41,502 nt of DNA from Candidatus Omnitrophota bacterium (lineage in GTDB: Bacteria > Omnitrophota > Gorgyraeia > Duberdicusellales > 4484-171): contig JAIPGM010000013.1 in NCBI GenBank assembly GCA_021735655.1, positions 1 to 41,502 on the forward strand. The letters run 5' to 3'. The translations under genes and the position numbers were made by a program. Below, in pieces: positions 40,028 to 41,502 of this stretch. The notes under the pieces are model-generated. The model did no database searches. It was not told where the DNA came from and saw only the letters and a list, made by a program, of their open reading frames with translations. Each line of letters opens with the position of its first letter. Positions within the stretch are counted from its first letter, which is position 1.

Positions 40028-40561
40028 TTAACCGTTCTTGTTTTTCAATAAACCAAAAAAGTTATAAACTCCTGATGCCCCTAAAAGACAATACCCCAAA
40101 AGAATCATCCAAAGTCCTAAACCAATTCTTACCTGTAAGACCAATTTATCCAAATCAGTAGTTTTAATTTTATAAACACCGACAAAAAATATTGCTAGGC
40201 CAACTATGCCAAAAGTAAGATACAGCCAACGGTTCTTTCCGAAAAACAAAACTAAAAGAAAAATAATAACCGCTAAAACCGGAGCTGCCCAGACGGCAAA
40301 GCTTTTCTTGTCGGTATTTTTTATGCCGGGATTAAATATCTGAATAATACTAATAACCAATCTTGAATCGGCGCCATTAGCCATAACCGGGATTTGAAAA
40401 CCAGAAATTGCCGCAATATTACTTTGTGCTTTACCGGTTAGAAGCTTTGATATTGCTCCTACCTGTTTTGATTCAACATGCACCCAAGGAAGAAAAAATC
40501 CTAAAACAATTATAACAACTGCCAAAAAAACTAATGATTTAAGTGCTACCTTCATTTCCAC
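40028..40561 (-). CDS. Integral membrane protein (~4 TM) of unknown function.
   Basis: 177 aa with four hydrophobic helices. No recognised motif. Confidence 0.5.
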   Translation of the reverse strand: MEMKVALKSLVFLAVVIIVLGFFLPWVHVESKQVGAISKLLTGKAQSNIAAISGFQIPVMANGADSRLVISIIQIFNPGIKNTDKKSFAVWAAPVLAVIIFLLVLFFGKNRWLYLTFGIVGLAIFFVGVYKIKTTDLDKLVLQVRIGLGLWMILLGYCLLGASGVYNFFGLLKNKNG

Positions 40562-40591
40562 GTCTCCTTGTTTTTGCAGAACTTTATCTAT

Positions 40592-40840
40592 CTATTTAGC
40601 AAACTTATTATACAACCAGGCTATTATAATTCCACAAATACCCGCATCTATAAATCCCCAAAAGCCTCCGATTAAACTTCCTAAGGTTGTAGCCTCATAG
40701 CCATAATAAATTGAACCCAGAGCTCTTACAAACCCACCCCCGTAGTTAAAAAACATTGCTACCATGCCCATAATTAATAAAGCTACCCCCCAAACAATAC
40801 CCAAAGTAAGCCCTAAAGCTTTTACATCTAATTTTGCCAT
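40592..40840 (-). CDS. Small 2-TM glycine-zipper membrane protein (GlsB/YeaQ/YmgE-like?).
   Basis: 82 aa. GxxxG-rich helices (GGGFVRALGS..LIGGFWGFIDAGICGIIIAWL). AGGAGG 4 nt upstream of the ATG. Confidence 0.5.
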   Translation of the reverse strand: MAKLDVKALGLTLGIVWGVALLIMGMVAMFFNYGGGFVRALGSIYYGYEATTLGSLIGGFWGFIDAGICGIIIAWLYNKFAK

Positions 40841-41053
40841 AGTTCCTCCTTATTTCTTAAAGGCTCTAATGACCTGAATAAAATTCTAGATTACCAAAAT
40901 TACAAATATATGATAGCTCCGGAAAAAGAATCGGTCAAATAGAAAAGAATAGTCCCCGGAAAGGATTTATATCAATTGGAGTTGGGATCCACTGAATTGT
41001 CTTATTCAAAGATATTACTATAAATTATTTATTTTATTTTTTTATATTCGTTA

Positions 41054-41359
41054 TTATTTATTCTGTTGTTGATCTTCTTTCACTCTCTGTTCATACTCTT
41101 TCATTTTTTGCTCATACTCTTCATCGTCTCTCTTCTTTCTTTGCTCGTGCTCTTTCACTCTTTGCTCGTACTCTTTAATTTCTTGCTTGTATTTTTCATC
41201 TCTTTCTTTCACCCGTTGATCGTATTCTTGCATATTTTTAAAATATTGCTTCTTTGATTCTAATCTGTCTGTCAGTAAAAAAATAAGGGCGGCTAGAGTC
41301 ACGATCTGTAGTATAACTACCGTAATTATTAATTTTTTAAATCCATTATTTTCTGTCAT
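41054..41359 (-). CDS. Single-pass membrane protein with a tandem charged EYEQRVKE-type repeat domain.
   Basis: N-terminal TM LIITVVILQIVTLAALIFLL. Then (K/E)EYEQRVKE(H/R/D) units repeated 4-5 times. AGGAGG 5 nt upstream of the ATG. Confidence 0.55.
   Translation of the reverse strand: MTENNGFKKLIITVVILQIVTLAALIFLLTDRLESKKQYFKNMQEYDQRVKERDEKYKQEIKEYEQRVKEHEQRKKRDDEEYEQKMKEYEQRVKEDQQQNK
41066..41240. repeat. Imperfect in-frame tandem DNA repeat (~33-39-nt units, TTTGCTCRTACTCTTTCA-like) encoding the EYEQRVKE repeats.
   Basis: Reiterated CTCTTTCACTCTYTGYTCATACTCTT variants are visible on the plus strand. Confidence 0.5.
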
Positions 41360-41502
41360 TACATCCTCCTATGTTAATTGTCCAGTATATTCTACTCTCA
41401 AAATATCAAGCCATTTATCGCAAGCCCTACATTAGGCTGGAGATAAATGGTAAACTTTTTTATCAGATTGTAATTTAAAATTACTAAAATCTTCAAATAC
41501 CC

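Noticed and set aside
40841-41053. Repeated CCGGAAA motifs (CTCCGGAAAAAG ... CCCCGGAAAGG) in the 213-nt gap as a regulatory repeat or small RNA.
   Set aside because: There are only two short, imperfect copies, with no accompanying hairpin or terminator. The region is otherwise an AT-rich promoter and SD region for the 82-aa gene. Insufficient evidence.
41066-41240. Tandem repeat as a CRISPR array or non-coding VNTR.
   Set aside because: The repeats are imperfect, contiguous without spacers, and in frame within an ORF that has a strong SD site and an N-terminal TM helix. They are coding repeats, not CRISPR.

Overview
This 41.5-kb window is AT-rich (low-GC, lysine-rich proteome) and almost all genes lie on the minus strand. 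From 2.8 to 38.3 kb there is a continuous, tightly packed, co-directional array of about 36 housekeeping genes with many 1-14 nt start/stop overlaps. In descending coordinate order (the direction of transcription) it runs: uppS-cdsA-dxr-rseP-ispG-[orphan cpaF/tadA-like ATPase]-proS-rimP-nusA-infB-trpS-scpA-ruvB-tgt-trmD-rplS-rnhB-fchA-like-folD-[FAD oxidoreductase]-[S1 protease-TPR]-[CBS-less IMPDH-like]-guaA-dnaE-HU-hisS-aspS-[LysM lipoprotein]-[7TM-HD]-ybeY-recO-queF-apbE-panB. Two short accessory segments flank this array. The left segment (1-2.7 kb) holds the only real plus-strand gene, a small secreted acidic protein. Upstream of it is what I read as a c-di-GMP-I (GEMM) riboswitch with a predicted promoter and two tandem intrinsic-terminator hairpins. 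Two minus-strand genes for secreted beta-rich proteins flank it; one has three Ig-like repeats and the other has a fimbrial-subunit-like C-terminal strand. The right segment (38.4-41.4 kb) is isolated from the uppS operon by a strong GC hairpin terminator. It encodes only envelope proteins: a TM coiled-coil protein, an OmpA-domain lipoprotein, a 25-aa Cys/Lys-rich microprotein with a perfect SD site, a helical lipoprotein, two small membrane proteins and a TM protein with EYEQRVKE tandem repeats. No rRNA, tRNA, CRISPR array or mobile element was recognised. The minimalist ProRS (no INS editing domain) and AspRS (no GAD insertion), together with the compact gene packing, suggest a streamlined genome. 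Fine coordinates of RNA elements were derived by hand and may be off by 1-2 nt.
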